Notes: generated from the sequence alone by a model not told the origin. Shown: positions 36,120 to 46,321, counted from the first letter of the stretch. The stretch: DNA of 64,000 bases from an uncultured Oscillibacter sp. (GCA_910588005.1 CAJUQM010000001.1:6158-70157); one strand, 5' to 3'. Translations and numbers: made by a program.

Positions 36120-36373
36120 CTCCCCACCTCCTGGTATATCCCTCGTTGGTACAAAAATATTTGAACAGGGTCCAGCGACTCCCTGTGAATTGTGGTCAAA
36201 GCGGCGGTCAAATCGCTCACCGCCACGCGCACGGCATAGGCGCAGCCCAGCTCCGTCAGCTCTCGGGGGGCGCGGAAAATCTGGCAGCGGATGCCCGCCC
36301 GTGCCAGCACCCGCTGCATCCGCTGTGCATAGGTAACAGACCGTGCGATAATCAGATAGTGATCCACAGGCAC
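36116..36373 (-). CDS. DUF3343 protein (putative S/Se carrier-like)
   Basis: 85 aa. Pattern YAQRMQRVLARAGIRCQIFRAPREL...GCAYAV. ATGA-type overlap with the desulfurase gene. Confidence 0.65.
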   Translation of the reverse strand: MPVDHYLIIARSVTYAQRMQRVLARAGIRCQIFRAPRELTELGCAYAVRVAVSDLTAALTTIHRESLDPVQIFLYQRGIYQEVGR

Positions 36374-36444
36374 TCCTCCTCTCTACCCATTGTATGGACA
36401 GAGCAAAGAAAGGTGAGAGAACGGACTCGCCGGAGCCTGTTCTC

Positions 36445-36777
36445 TCACCTCGCGCATATCAGTTTTTTCTCCGGGCCGTCCCGCAAATAGACGGACTGTA
36501 CAGGCTCCAGCTGGCCGTCCTCGATATTCACATCCATGCTGCCGCTCCGATGGTCCCCATAAACCAGCCCCTTGCGGACGGTGATATACAGGTACTCCTC
36601 CTCGATATCATAGGAAAACCCGTGAAAAGCGGTCCCGCTGCTGCCGTGGCCGCTGACGGACATATGGAAGCCGTTCTTCTCAAAGCAGGCCTCGTCCACC
36701 CGCATATTCAAAGACGGGGAACCCCGCCGCATATGGGGGTCAATCAAAATACCCGGCAGGACCAGGAGTACCGCCAC
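36445..36777 (-). CDS. hypothetical secreted or membrane-anchored protein; the 5' end is possibly frameshifted
   Basis: ORF-track 110 aa with GTG start: MAVLLVLPGILIDP... An ATG at 36815, coupled to the ispF stop (ATGA), opens a different frame ([13 protein letters not shown]...) that stops after 23 codons. Confidence 0.4.
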   Translation of the reverse strand: MAVLLVLPGILIDPHMRRGSPSLNMRVDEACFEKNGFHMSVSGHGSSGTAFHGFSYDIEEEYLYITVRKGLVYGDHRSGSMDVNIEDGQLEPVQSVYLRDGPEKKLICAR

Positions 36778-36811
36778 TGGGCCAGCAGGGCCAGAAAACG
36801 CCGTGTGTCTC

Positions 36812-37297
36812 TCATCGCGGTCCCTCCAGCAGCGCCACGGCGTGCGCCGCCATACCGGAGCCGTCTCCGGTAAAGCCCAGCCCCTCCTCGGTGGTGGCTT
36901 TTACATTGACCCGCTCCGGCTCAATTCCCAGCGCCATAGCGATATTCTCCGCCATCCGCGCCCTGTAGGGGGCAATCTTCGGCGCCTGTGCCAGCAAAGT
37001 GACGTCGACGTTCACCACAGTGAACTCCCGCTCTGTCAGCAGCCGTCCCACTTCCTTCAACAGCTTCAAGCTGGAGATCCCGGCATAGGCCGGATCTGTA
37101 TCCGGAAACAGCTTTCCAATGTCCCCCAGGCGGGAGGCCCCAGTCAAAGCATCCATGACGGCATGGGTCAACACGTCCGCGTCGGAGTGCCCCAGAAGCC
37201 CCCGCTCCCAAGGGATCTCCACGCCGCCTAGGATCAGCTTCCGTCCCTCCGCCAGCCGGTGGACATCATACCCGTGCCCAACGCGAAGATTCGTCAT
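36812..37297 (-). CDS. ispF: 2-C-methyl-D-erythritol 2,4-cyclodiphosphate synthase
   Basis: 161 aa. [11 protein letters not shown] and [11 protein letters not shown] motifs. Confidence 0.95.
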   Translation of the reverse strand: MTNLRVGHGYDVHRLAEGRKLILGGVEIPWERGLLGHSDADVLTHAVMDALTGASRLGDIGKLFPDTDPAYAGISSLKLLKEVGRLLTEREFTVVNVDVTLLAQAPKIAPYRARMAENIAMALGIEPERVNVKATTEEGLGFTGDGSGMAAHAVALLEGPR

Positions 37298-38031
37298 CGT
37301 CCTTCCTCCCGGGCCTGCAAAACAGCCTCCGCCAAAATCATATCCGCCGGGGTGGTGATCTTTAAATTCTCCTCGTCGCCCTCCACCAAAAACACCACCT
37401 TGCCCAGCCGCTCCACAGCGGAGCAGTCGTCTGTGATGGGTATACCGCCGGCCAGCGCCCCTTGGAGCGCGGCCTTCAACAAGCTGGACTCAAACACCTG
37501 GGGCGTCTGCACAGCCCGCAGAGCATCTCTCTCCAGGGTCTGCTCCACCGCGCTGTCCGCCCGGATAACCTTGATTGTGTCCTTCACAGGTACAGCGGGA
37601 GCTGCCGCGCCGCAGCGGGCGGCGGCTGCAACCGTTCGGCCAATCAGCTCCGGCGTCACCAGTGGGCGGGCGCCGTCCTGTACCGCCAGCAGCTCTGACT
37701 CCGGCGAAGCCTCCAGCGCCGCCAGCAGCACGGAGTGGGCGCGGCTCTCTCCTCCCCGCACCACTTTGGCGCACTTGGCAATCCCATATGTATGGCACAA
37801 CCGGGAAATCTCCACCAAGTCCTCTTCCCTGGCGGCCACAATGATCTCGTCAATCTCCTGGGCTATCTGGAGAGCCGTCAGGGTTCGTACCAATACCGGC
37901 ACGCCGTCCAAAGGTTCCAATAGCTTATTCACTCCCCCCATACGGCGGGAATCGCCCGCGGCAGCCACTAGGGCGGTGCAGCGCGGGCGGTTTGCGTTTC
38001 GTATCTTTCGCAAAAATGAAAACATGTCCAC
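37294..38031 (-). CDS. ispD: 2-C-methyl-D-erythritol 4-phosphate cytidylyltransferase
   Basis: 245 aa. [20 protein letters not shown] and VQTPQVF motifs. Confidence 0.9.
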   Translation of the reverse strand: MDMFSFLRKIRNANRPRCTALVAAAGDSRRMGGVNKLLEPLDGVPVLVRTLTALQIAQEIDEIIVAAREEDLVEISRLCHTYGIAKCAKVVRGGESRAHSVLLAALEASPESELLAVQDGARPLVTPELIGRTVAAAARCGAAAPAVPVKDTIKVIRADSAVEQTLERDALRAVQTPQVFESSLLKAALQGALAGGIPITDDCSAVERLGKVVFLVEGDEENLKITTPADMILAEAVLQAREEGR

Positions 38032-38101
38032 CTCCAGCGCCGGCTGGCGCTTCTACAGGACTCATATCCGCAGACTTTGCCATCTGATCTATTCAGGGCG
38101 G

Positions 38102-38593
38102 TCAGCAGGCCGCCTCCTGGGTCATCGCCATGTCAATCCGGGCCTCCACAGTCTCATAGTCCGCCTGTTCCGACAAAACAATTTCAGAAATTAAAATCCG
38201 CTTGGCGGTCTGGAGCATCTTCCGCTCCCCTGTGGACAGTCCCCTCCTCGTATCCCTGGTCATCAGGCCCTTGATCAGCCGGGCCACCTCCCGCAGGTCT
38301 CCGCTTTTCAGACGCTGCAGATTCTCCTGATACCGCTTGTTCCAATTGGCATTGCTCTCCACTTCCAGAGCAGGAATCGCCGCGATCAGCGTCTCCGCCT
38401 CCTCCGGCGTGATAATGGGACGTACGCCGATCGCCACGCTGTTGGTCACCGGAATTTTCAGCAGCAGCCCGCCCATAGGCATCTTAAACACATAGTAGTC
38501 CTGCGTATTTCCTCCCACTTTTTCTTGGATAACGGCGTCTATCACGCCGGCTCCGTGCATTGGATGCGCAACAAGATCTCCAATTCTGAACAT
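38102..38593 (-). CDS. carD: CarD-family RNA polymerase-binding transcription regulator
   Basis: ORF 38102..38662, trimmed to MFRIGDLVAHPMHGAGVI (GGGGAGGGG RBS). Confidence 0.85.
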   Translation of the reverse strand: MFRIGDLVAHPMHGAGVIDAVIQEKVGGNTQDYYVFKMPMGGLLLKIPVTNSVAIGVRPIITPEEAETLIAAIPALEVESNANWNKRYQENLQRLKSGDLREVARLIKGLMTRDTRRGLSTGERKMLQTAKRILISEIVLSEQADYETVEARIDMAMTQEAAC

Positions 38594-38684
38594 GGCAAGC
38601 CCCTCCCCTTTTTTCATCGGTTCATTGTGGTGCCCGGTATTCGCCAATACGCTATTTGTCATATTTTTCTTATAAGATATCTTT

Positions 38685-38713
38685 ATTATATCCTCTTTTT
38701 CCCATATTTACAA
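38685..38713 (-). promoter_or_regulatory. sigma-A-type promoter of carD
   Basis: Minus strand reads TTGTAA-17 nt-TATAAT. Confidence 0.45.
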
Positions 38714-38757
38714 GCACATTTTTTGAAATAGGGAACATATTTTTTATAGAATCATGC

Positions 38758-38794
38758 AAAAAATGGCGGACAACCTTCCGTTGTCCGCCATTTT
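38758..38794 (-). terminator. rho-independent terminator of the CoA-transferase gene
   Basis: AAAATGGCGGACAAC-cttcc-GTTGTCCGCCATTTT. Confidence 0.75.
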
Positions 38795-38803
38795 GAAACC
38801 TAT

Positions 38804-40150
38804 TTACCGCTTGTTGGACCGCCGCCAGATGTGCATCTTTTCCGCTTCGGCGATAAGTTCCTCCCGGAACTGAGGGTGTGCAATGCCGATAATTCCCTCG
38901 GCCCGCTCCCACGTAGATTTGCCCTTTACATTGAACTTGCCGTACTCTGTCACCAGCCAATGGAGGTTGGCACGGGTAGCGGTGACAATAGAACCCTCCA
39001 GCAGTGTGGGCCGGATCCGGGATTTCAGCTGTCCGCTCTTCTTGTCCATGTAAGAGGAGGAGCAGCAGATAAAGCTCTTGCCGCCCTTGGCCAAATACGC
39101 CCCCATGACAAAGTCCTGCTGGCCTCCCGCGCCGGAGATATGGCGAGTACCGGAGGACTCAGAGGACACCTGGCCGAACAGGTCGATATCCACCGCGCCG
39201 TTAATGGACATAAAATTCTCAATTTGAGACACCCGGGCAATGTCGTTGACATAGCTGACGGGAGAGATCATGCACTCGGGATTGTTGTCCAGGAAATCAT
39301 ACAGCTTCTGACTGCCCGCGGCAAAAGCATAGGTCTGACGGCCCCGGTCAAAGGGCTTGCACGCGCCGGTGATGCGGCCCGCCGCAGACATATCCACAAA
39401 AGCGTCCACGTACATCTCGGTATGTACGCCCAGATCTTTCAGATCGGACTCCGCCACCATCTTGCCGATGGCGTTGGGCATGGCGCCGATTCCAAGCTGG
39501 AGGCAGGCGCCGTTTGGAATCTCCGGCACCACCAGACGGGCAACGGCTAAATCCACTTCGGAAGCGGCCCCTCCGCCGCCCAGAATATCCATGGGCGGAT
39601 TCTCTCCCTCCACAATCATATCTACATCGCTGATATGGACGCAGTTATCGTAGCCGCCCAGGCATACGGGCATATTTTCATTGACCTCTACAATAATGGT
39701 CTTAGCGCACTCGCATACGGCTTTCAGGTGGTCACCGGAAGGGCCGAAATTAAACCATCCCTTCTGATCCATCGGCGCTACCTGGAACATCGCCACATCC
39801 AAAGATTTAATGACGTTGGCGTAAAAGCCGGGCAGCTCGGAATAGCGCATGGGAATATAATAGGAAAGTCCCTCATCCACAGCCTTGCGCTCAATACCGC
39901 CCATGTGCCAGGAGTTCCATGTAAAGTGGCTCGCCGCTTCCGGCACATCAAAAATCGCGGGCCGGTGGGTCAGGATCCCGCCCCGGATCTTCACATCCGT
40001 CAGCTCATCCGCCCGCTGCGCCAGCGCCTTGTCCAACGCAATGGGAGAGCAGATACTCCAGCCATAATCCAGCCAGTCGCCGGATTTGACCACCTTCACC
40101 GCATCGGCGGCGGAGGTCAATTTCTGTTTGTATGCGTCTTGATAGCTCAT
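38804..40150 (-). CDS. acetyl-CoA hydrolase/transferase family enzyme, butyryl-CoA:acetate CoA-transferase type
   Basis: ORF 38804..40183, trimmed to [14 protein letters not shown] (GGAGGAA RBS). About 448 aa. Family-typical motifs GGQQDF and SSESSG. Confidence 0.8.
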   Translation of the reverse strand: MSYQDAYKQKLTSAADAVKVVKSGDWLDYGWSICSPIALDKALAQRADELTDVKIRGGILTHRPAIFDVPEAASHFTWNSWHMGGIERKAVDEGLSYYIPMRYSELPGFYANVIKSLDVAMFQVAPMDQKGWFNFGPSGDHLKAVCECAKTIIVEVNENMPVCLGGYDNCVHISDVDMIVEGENPPMDILGGGGAASEVDLAVARLVVPEIPNGACLQLGIGAMPNAIGKMVAESDLKDLGVHTEMYVDAFVDMSAAGRITGACKPFDRGRQTYAFAAGSQKLYDFLDNNPECMISPVSYVNDIARVSQIENFMSINGAVDIDLFGQVSSESSGTRHISGAGGQQDFVMGAYLAKGGKSFICCSSSYMDKKSGQLKSRIRPTLLEGSIVTATRANLHWLVTEYGKFNVKGKSTWERAEGIIGIAHPQFREELIAEAEKMHIWRRSNKR

Positions 40151-40305
40151 CGTTGTTCCTCCTGTATTCCCTTTTATGACCAAACAGCTGTGAGCTGCGG
40201 CGCGGTCTTTTCGCAGACCGTCTCAGCAGACAGACCGCAGACGTTCCGGCGCTTTTCCCTGGCAATGCCGTCTTCTTATGATCGTCATACTTTTCACAAG
40301 ATAAA

Positions 40306-40334
40306 ATTATATCATATCAATTCTTCAATTGCAA
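40306..40334 (-). promoter_or_regulatory. sigma-A-type promoter of the CoA-transferase gene, giving a leader of about 150 nt
   Basis: Minus strand reads TTGCAA-17 nt-TATAAT. Confidence 0.5.
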
Positions 40335-40363
40335 TGATAATGTCAAAAAAATAACAATTTTTC

Positions 40364-40399
40364 AAAAAACTGAGAGGCAGACCTTCTGCCTGCCTCTCA
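40364..40399 (-). terminator. rho-independent terminator of ispH-rpsA
   Basis: TGAGAGGCAG-n9-CTGCCTCTCA, with a T-run on the minus strand. Confidence 0.65.
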
Positions 40400-40409
40400 A
40401 ATGCGGACT

Positions 40410-42377
40410 TTATTCCTCAGTCTCCGCAGCTTCGTCATCCGCCTCCAGCTCCGCGGCGGGAGCCAGCAGGGCACGGATCGAAAGAGAGATCTTCTGCTTT
40501 TCCTCATCGACAGCAGTGATCTTCACATCCACAGTCTGCCCTTCGGACAGCACGTCCTCCGGCTTATCAATGCGGCGGTCAGCAATCTGGGAAATGTGGA
40601 TCAGCCCGTCCACACCGGGCACCACCTCGGCAAAGGCGCCAAAGGTCATCAGCTTGACAATGCGGACGGTAGCCACATCGCCCACGGCGTATTTATCCAT
40701 AAATACCTGCCAGGGGTTGACGCTGTGGTCCTTGACGCCCAGGGAGATCTTCCGCTTCTCGGCGTCAAAGGAGATCACATACACCTCCATGGGATCCCCC
40801 ACCTTGCAAACCTCGGCGGGAGTCTTGATCCGGCTCCAGCTCAGCTCGGAGATATGTACCATTCCATCGACGCCGCCAATGTCCACAAACACGCCGTAAG
40901 AGGTCATGGACTTCACGGTACCGGAATAACGCTTGCCCTCCGCAATGTTGGCCCACACCTCTTCCTGGGCGGCCCTGCGGGTTTCGTCAGTAACGGCACG
41001 GATGGAGCCTACCACCCGGCGGCGGGCACGATTAACCTCCGTGACGCGCAGCTGCACCTTCTGCTTGATCATAGCGCTGAGATCCGCGCCCCGGGGCTGT
41101 CCGCTCTGAGAGGCGGGAACAAATACCCGCACGCCCTTGACAGAAACCACGATGCCGCCCTTGTTTTCCTCGGTGACGGTGCCTTCCAGCACGGTCTTTT
41201 CCTCAACGGCGGTCTCGATATTCTCCCACACCTTGACGGCGTCCAGGCGCTTTTTGGAAAGCTCGGCGTAGCCCTCCACATCGTTGACCCGGACAATGTA
41301 GGTCTCGATCTCGTCGCCTACTTTGACCACGTCCTCTGGCTTGGCGTTGGGGTCGTCGCTCAACTCACTGAACTTAATGTAGGCGGCCTGCTTGGCGCCC
41401 ACATCAACCTGCACCTCAGTCGGCGTGATGGCCGTGACAATGCCGGTTACCTTCTCCCCTGTATTTAAAGTTTTGAAAGATTGATTCAGTAATTCCTCGA
41501 AGGACTCCTCTTTGCCCTCGGCCGCTCTGATTTCTTCGCTCATCGTTGCATATACCTCCTTAATAATGCCCGCAGGTGTGGAGGCTCCGGCCGTAAGGCC
41601 CGCAACAGAACAACCATTGAAAAAATCCGGCGAAAGCTCGTCCGCTCCCTCGATCTGAAAAACGCGCGGACATCTCTCTTTGCAAATTTCCGTCAAATGT
41701 TTGGTGTTGGCGCTTTTACGGTCTCCCACCACGACCACCACGTCCGCCCGGGCGGCAATTTCCGCCGCTTCAGACTGGCGCTTATGCGTAGCATTGCATA
41801 TTGTATCAAAGATTTTCGCATTTGTACACTCTTTTTTTATGATTTTCCAAGAAGTTTCAAAAAGTTCACGAATACAGGTCGTCTGTGCCGTCACAGTCAG
41901 CGGCGTCTCCCGGTTCCCGGGAGCGCTGTCCAGCCAACGGCGGACGGCGTCAGGCCCGTCGAACACCAGCGGCTCCCGGCACCAGCTGGCCACTCCCGCC
42001 ACCTCCGGATGGCAGGGGTCCCCGATGATCACGGCCCGCCGGCCTTCCGCCTCGGCCTGCGCCACCAGCCGCTGGATACGCACCACGTTGGGACAGGTGG
42101 CGTTTACGCAAGTCACGCCCCGGTTTTCCAAGGCGTCCAATACGCTCTTTTGTTCCCCGTGAGAGCGAATGACCACCGTGTCCCCGGTATGCAGGAGACA
42201 CGGGTCTACCGTCTTACGAACCCCCTTCCGGGCGAGATCCTCCACCACATGGGCGTTGTGGATCAGATCTCCCAGCATCCAGCAGCCCCCTGTCTGTCCG
42301 GCGGTTTTCTCCGCCAGCTCCACAGCTCTCCGTACACCGTAGCAAAACCCGGCGCTTTCTGCCAGCAAAACTCTCAC
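40410..42377 (-). CDS. ispH: bifunctional 4-hydroxy-3-methylbut-2-enyl diphosphate reductase / ribosomal protein S1-like (IspH-S1 fusion)
   Basis: 655 aa. The N-terminal 280 aa are LytB/IspH (GFCYGVRRAV, HNAHVV). The C-terminus has four S1 repeats (e.g. GTVKSMTSYGVFVDIGGVDGMVHISE). Confidence 0.9.
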   Translation of the reverse strand: MRVLLAESAGFCYGVRRAVELAEKTAGQTGGCWMLGDLIHNAHVVEDLARKGVRKTVDPCLLHTGDTVVIRSHGEQKSVLDALENRGVTCVNATCPNVVRIQRLVAQAEAEGRRAVIIGDPCHPEVAGVASWCREPLVFDGPDAVRRWLDSAPGNRETPLTVTAQTTCIRELFETSWKIIKKECTNAKIFDTICNATHKRQSEAAEIAARADVVVVVGDRKSANTKHLTEICKERCPRVFQIEGADELSPDFFNGCSVAGLTAGASTPAGIIKEVYATMSEEIRAAEGKEESFEELLNQSFKTLNTGEKVTGIVTAITPTEVQVDVGAKQAAYIKFSELSDDPNAKPEDVVKVGDEIETYIVRVNDVEGYAELSKKRLDAVKVWENIETAVEEKTVLEGTVTEENKGGIVVSVKGVRVFVPASQSGQPRGADLSAMIKQKVQLRVTEVNRARRRVVGSIRAVTDETRRAAQEEVWANIAEGKRYSGTVKSMTSYGVFVDIGGVDGMVHISELSWSRIKTPAEVCKVGDPMEVYVISFDAEKRKISLGVKDHSVNPWQVFMDKYAVGDVATVRIVKLMTFGAFAEVVPGVDGLIHISQIADRRIDKPEDVLSEGQTVDVKITAVDEEKQKISLSIRALLAPAAELEADDEAAETEE

Positions 42378-43009
42378 AGCGGCGCTCCTCCCACGGCCTG
42401 GCCGCCCAAGGCATAGGCCGCCTCCAAAATGCCGTCCGCAATCTGCTGCATCTCCTCCGACGTGCCCCTCCGCCCAGTATAATGAGGCTGGAAAGGCTCG
42501 CCGAAGATAATGCGGGTACGGTGAAACAGCCTCTTCTCCCCATCCACAAAAACAGGGACCAATACGGCGCCGGTCCGCACGCCGATCATGGCTACCCCCG
42601 CCTTGGCATGGGCGGGGAGACCGTCTATGTATCCCACGCCATTCCGGACCACGGTGCCCTCCGGAAAAATCAATAGGTTGTCACCGTCCTTGATGGCCTG
42701 CATAGCGGTCCGAACGGTGTTGATGTCGTTGTTCCCCCGGCTGACAGGAAATGCCCCCACCTTTCGGAGCAGCCATCCCAGCAACGGATTTTGAAACAGC
42801 TCCTCCTTCGCCATGATGTGAAGCCGGTAATTCTTAGGCAGTTTCAGCGCCACCAGAATGGGATCCCAGTTGCTGGCGTGATTGGGACACAGCAGCGCGC
42901 CGCTCTCCGGCAGCCTCTCCATTCCCTCTACGGAGACGGGATGGAGGAGATCCGCCACAAAACCGACCACGTAGTAAATAAAGACAAATAACCTGTTAAA
43001 TGGCTTCAT
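42374..43009 (-). CDS. plsC: 1-acyl-sn-glycerol-3-phosphate acyltransferase
   Basis: 211 aa. NHASNWD (HxxxxD) and FPEGT motifs. Confidence 0.85.
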   Translation of the reverse strand: MKPFNRLFVFIYYVVGFVADLLHPVSVEGMERLPESGALLCPNHASNWDPILVALKLPKNYRLHIMAKEELFQNPLLGWLLRKVGAFPVSRGNNDINTVRTAMQAIKDGDNLLIFPEGTVVRNGVGYIDGLPAHAKAGVAMIGVRTGAVLVPVFVDGEKRLFHRTRIIFGEPFQPHYTGRRGTSEEMQQIADGILEAAYALGGQAVGGAPL

Positions 43010-43686
43010 ATGCCCCCCGTCCTTCTCCGAATCATCGCCAGCAGCGCCGCCTCGCTCTCCTGAAAATTTAAATTCGTGGTATCCAGCAGCACGGCGTCCT
43101 CCGCCTGCCGCATAGGCGCGGCGGCCCGGTTGGCGTCATTCCAGTCCCGTTTTTTAATCTCCTCCAAAACCTTCTCATAGGGCTGCGGCGTTCCCCGCTG
43201 CTCCAACTCCAAGCAGCGGCGCTCCGCCCGGGCCTCCGGAGAAGCCGTCAAAAAAATCTTGACCTCCGCATCCGGCAGCACCACAGTGCCAATGTCTCTG
43301 CCGTCCATAATGACGCTGTGCTCCCGGGCCAATTTCCGCTGCATCTCCAGCAAAAAGGCCCGCACAGACGGGTATGCAGAGACGGCGGAGGCGCAAAGAG
43401 AGATCTCCGGCAGGCGGATGGCCCCTGTTACATCCTCTCCGTTCAGCAGCATGCGCTGCAATCCATCTTCTTCATAGACCAGCTCCACAGAGATCTCCGG
43501 CAGACCGGCCGTCACAGCGGCCTCATTCTCAGGATCAATCCCGTTCATATGCATGTAATAGCCCACCGTGCGGTAGATGGCTCCGGTGTCCACGTACAGG
43601 TATCCCAGCTTTCCGGCGGCGCTGCGGGCAAGCGTGCTCTTTCCCGCGCCGGAGGGACCGTCGATCGCAATGCGGATATGACTCAT
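43006..43686 (-). CDS. cmk: (d)CMP kinase
   Basis: IAIDGPSGAGKST P-loop and DTGAIYR motif. Confidence 0.95.
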   Translation of the reverse strand: MSHIRIAIDGPSGAGKSTLARSAAGKLGYLYVDTGAIYRTVGYYMHMNGIDPENEAAVTAGLPEISVELVYEEDGLQRMLLNGEDVTGAIRLPEISLCASAVSAYPSVRAFLLEMQRKLAREHSVIMDGRDIGTVVLPDAEVKIFLTASPEARAERRCLELEQRGTPQPYEKVLEEIKKRDWNDANRAAAPMRQAEDAVLLDTTNLNFQESEAALLAMIRRRTGGI

Positions 43687-43701
43687 CGTCTCTCTCCTCT
43701 C

Positions 43702-44943
43702 TCAGCGTTCATCCTTGGCGTTCTCCGCCGCGGCAAAGCCGGCGGCGCGGCCCGTGGCCCAGGCGATCTGCAGATTAAAGCCGCCTGTATAGGCATCCAC
43801 GTCGATCAGTTCCCCAGCAAAGTATAATCCCTTTACAACCTTTGACTCCATAGTATTGGGATTGATCTCTCCCACCTTGACTCCGCCGGAGGTGACAATC
43901 GCGTCCGTCACTGGACAAGGTCCGGCAATTACCACCGGAAAATTCTTTAAAACGGTCAGCAGCCCCCTCCGCTGCTCCCGGGTGATCTGATGGACCTTTT
44001 GACGAAAACCGATTCCGGCGGTTCGGACAATGACCGGAATCAGCTTTTTAGGCAACAGATCACCCAGCGCATTGCCAAAGTCGTGGTTGGCGTACTTCTC
44101 AAAATCCGCCAGCAGGCGCCGGTCCAGGGTCAGTTCATCCAGGGCGGGCTTCAGATCGATTTCCAGATGATAGGCCCGCTCCCCAAAATGCCGCATGTGG
44201 GCAGAGGCCGACAAAATCAGCGGCCCGCTGACGCCAAAGTGTGTAAATAACAGTTCCCCGAAATCTGAATAAATCCTCTTATTGTCCTCAAAAACGGTCA
44301 GCCTTATATTCCGCAGGGTGAGTCCCTGCAGTTCCCGGCCCAGGCCAAAGTCCCGCAGGGGCACCAGGGACCCGTGCAGCGGCGTTACCGTGTGTCCCGC
44401 CTCCGCGGCCATACGGTGGCCCTCTCCTGTGGAGCCGGTGGCGGGATAGGACACCCCTCCGGTGGCCAAAATCACCGCTTCCGCCGGGTAGCGGCGCCGC
44501 TCTCCGGCCACTCCCCGGACTGTGCCCTCCGCAATCTCCAAAGCCGCCGCCCGGTCCCGAACAATGTCAACCCGCAGTGCCCGCAGCCGCCGCTCCAAAG
44601 CGGCGCTGACGTCAAAGGATCGGTCGCTGACCGGAAAAACACGATTGCCACGCTCCGTTTTCAGCGGCACTCCCAGCGACTCAAAAAAGGCTATGGCATC
44701 CCGTCCGTCAAAGCGGGAAAAAGAACTGTAAAGGAATTTCCCATTCCTTGGTATATTGGCCAGCAGCTCCTCTGTCCCGGCGTTGTTGGTCACGTTACAG
44801 CGGCCCTTCCCGGTGATATTCAACTTCTTTCCCAGCCGTTCGTTGGGTTCCAGCAGGGTCACCGCCCCGCCCTGCTCCGCGGAAGAGACCGCCGCCATCA
44901 TACCGGCGGCGCCTCCCCCAATTACCACAATTTTTTTATTCAT
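43702..44943 (-). CDS. HI0933/BaiN-like NAD(P)/FAD-dependent oxidoreductase
   Basis: ORF 43702..45039, trimmed to MNKKIVVIGGGAAGMMAA (dinucleotide-binding GxGxxG). C-terminal GLYFAGELIDVDAYTGGFNLQ. Confidence 0.8.
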   Translation of the reverse strand: MNKKIVVIGGGAAGMMAAVSSAEQGGAVTLLEPNERLGKKLNITGKGRCNVTNNAGTEELLANIPRNGKFLYSSFSRFDGRDAIAFFESLGVPLKTERGNRVFPVSDRSFDVSAALERRLRALRVDIVRDRAAALEIAEGTVRGVAGERRRYPAEAVILATGGVSYPATGSTGEGHRMAAEAGHTVTPLHGSLVPLRDFGLGRELQGLTLRNIRLTVFEDNKRIYSDFGELLFTHFGVSGPLILSASAHMRHFGERAYHLEIDLKPALDELTLDRRLLADFEKYANHDFGNALGDLLPKKLIPVIVRTAGIGFRQKVHQITREQRRGLLTVLKNFPVVIAGPCPVTDAIVTSGGVKVGEINPNTMESKVVKGLYFAGELIDVDAYTGGFNLQIAWATGRAAGFAAAENAKDER

Positions 44944-45841
44944 CGTCCGTTTTCCCAAAGATTCCGTACTCATTCCAGATGTTCTCCAGCTCCGCAAACG
45001 TTTTGGCCGCGTCGGTCCCCAGCCGGAGACCAATGGCAATCAGCAGCGCGTTAATTAAGGAGAGGGGCGCCACCATGGAATCCACAAAGGAGATCATTTC
45101 GCAGGGAGCCAGCAGGGCGGCGTCCGCCATCTGATATACCGGAGACAGCTCGTTGTCTGTAATGGCGATGATAGACGCCCCCCGGTCCCGGGCGAACTTC
45201 ACGGTATTCAGCGTCACTTTGGAATACCGCGGAAAGCTGATGGCCACCATCACATCCTCCGGTCCGATGCGCAGCAGCTGCTCGAAGATCTCCCCGGCGG
45301 CGTTGGACTGCACCAGTGTCACATTCTCCGTCAACAGATGCATGTAAAAATTCAGATACCCTGCCACGAAAGAGGAGGACCGGACACCCAGGATGTAGAT
45401 ATGATGGCAGTTTAAGAGCTGGTCCACAACATGATCAAATTCACTCTGATTGGCCTCTCCCGCCATCAGGCGCAGCTTTTCAATGTCAGACTGCACCACT
45501 GCCGGCAAGATGGACTGCCTCTCAAACAGATCCCCCGCCGCCTGAATGCGCTGGGTGGAAGTCAAACGGCTGCGAATCATCTCCTGCAAGGCCCGCTGCA
45601 TGCTGGGATAGCCGTCATATCCCAGCTCCGAGGCAAACCGCACCACTGTGGACTCGCTGACCTCCGCCAGCTTGCCCAGCTTACTGGCCGTTAAAAAAGC
45701 CGCTTTATCATAATTTTGCAGCATATAGTTTGCAATCCGCTTCTGTCCCTTGGAGAAGCTGTCCATATTGGTCTCAATGATATGTAGGATGCTCTTTGCC
45801 ACGGTATCCCCTCCACCTGTCTCAGGCACGATCACGCTCAA
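44936..45841 (-). CDS. MurR/RpiR-family transcriptional regulator (HTH plus SIS domain)
   Basis: 301 aa. HTH segment SKLGKLAEVSESTVVRFASELGY and a SIS domain further downstream. Confidence 0.85.
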   Translation of the reverse strand: MSVIVPETGGGDTVAKSILHIIETNMDSFSKGQKRIANYMLQNYDKAAFLTASKLGKLAEVSESTVVRFASELGYDGYPSMQRALQEMIRSRLTSTQRIQAAGDLFERQSILPAVVQSDIEKLRLMAGEANQSEFDHVVDQLLNCHHIYILGVRSSSFVAGYLNFYMHLLTENVTLVQSNAAGEIFEQLLRIGPEDVMVAISFPRYSKVTLNTVKFARDRGASIIAITDNELSPVYQMADAALLAPCEMISFVDSMVAPLSLINALLIAIGLRLGTDAAKTFAELENIWNEYGIFGKTDDE

Positions 45842-46292
45842 TCTCCCAGTCTAAATATTTAAGACCGGTTCCTGTGGTATTGTACCACAAAATTTAAAGG
45901 ATTCAACCGTTTTTTGCAGGATTTTTTTTGAGACTTGCAAAAAGCAGCAATTGCCGGAACGAATTGCGAAGCTCAGCCGTCTCCCATTCCCCTTCCAGCG
46001 CCAAGACCGGCGCATTCAGCAGGATAGCAGAATGAAGCCGGCGGGGCCGCCCAGTCAATTTAATTCCGTCACCAGCCCTTCAAACTTCACACGTTTTTCA
46101 TTCTGCACGGCGAAAATGACGGGCCGATAACAGTTTCACCGTACAAAGGCGCTGCATGCCGCTTTGGTAAAGAATGATCCTTTATACGTTCAGAGAGGTT
46201 CGAAAACATGTCCTCCGTATTCCAAAATCAATGCCATAGGGATCAACCGCCACACAAATCGCAATTATTTTCCAATTATTTTGAAAAACTGT

Positions 46293-46321
46293 TTGACAAC
46301 AGCGCCTTAATCCCTTATAAT
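46293..46321 (+). promoter_or_regulatory. consensus sigma-A promoter of yceD-rpmF
   Basis: TTGACA-17 nt-TATAAT. Confidence 0.6.

Noticed and set aside
40410-42377. The IspH-S1 fusion, considered as a possible mis-assembly or novel fusion.
   Set aside because: This fusion of LytB/IspH with S1 repeats is a well-known arrangement in Clostridia, and the frame is continuous.
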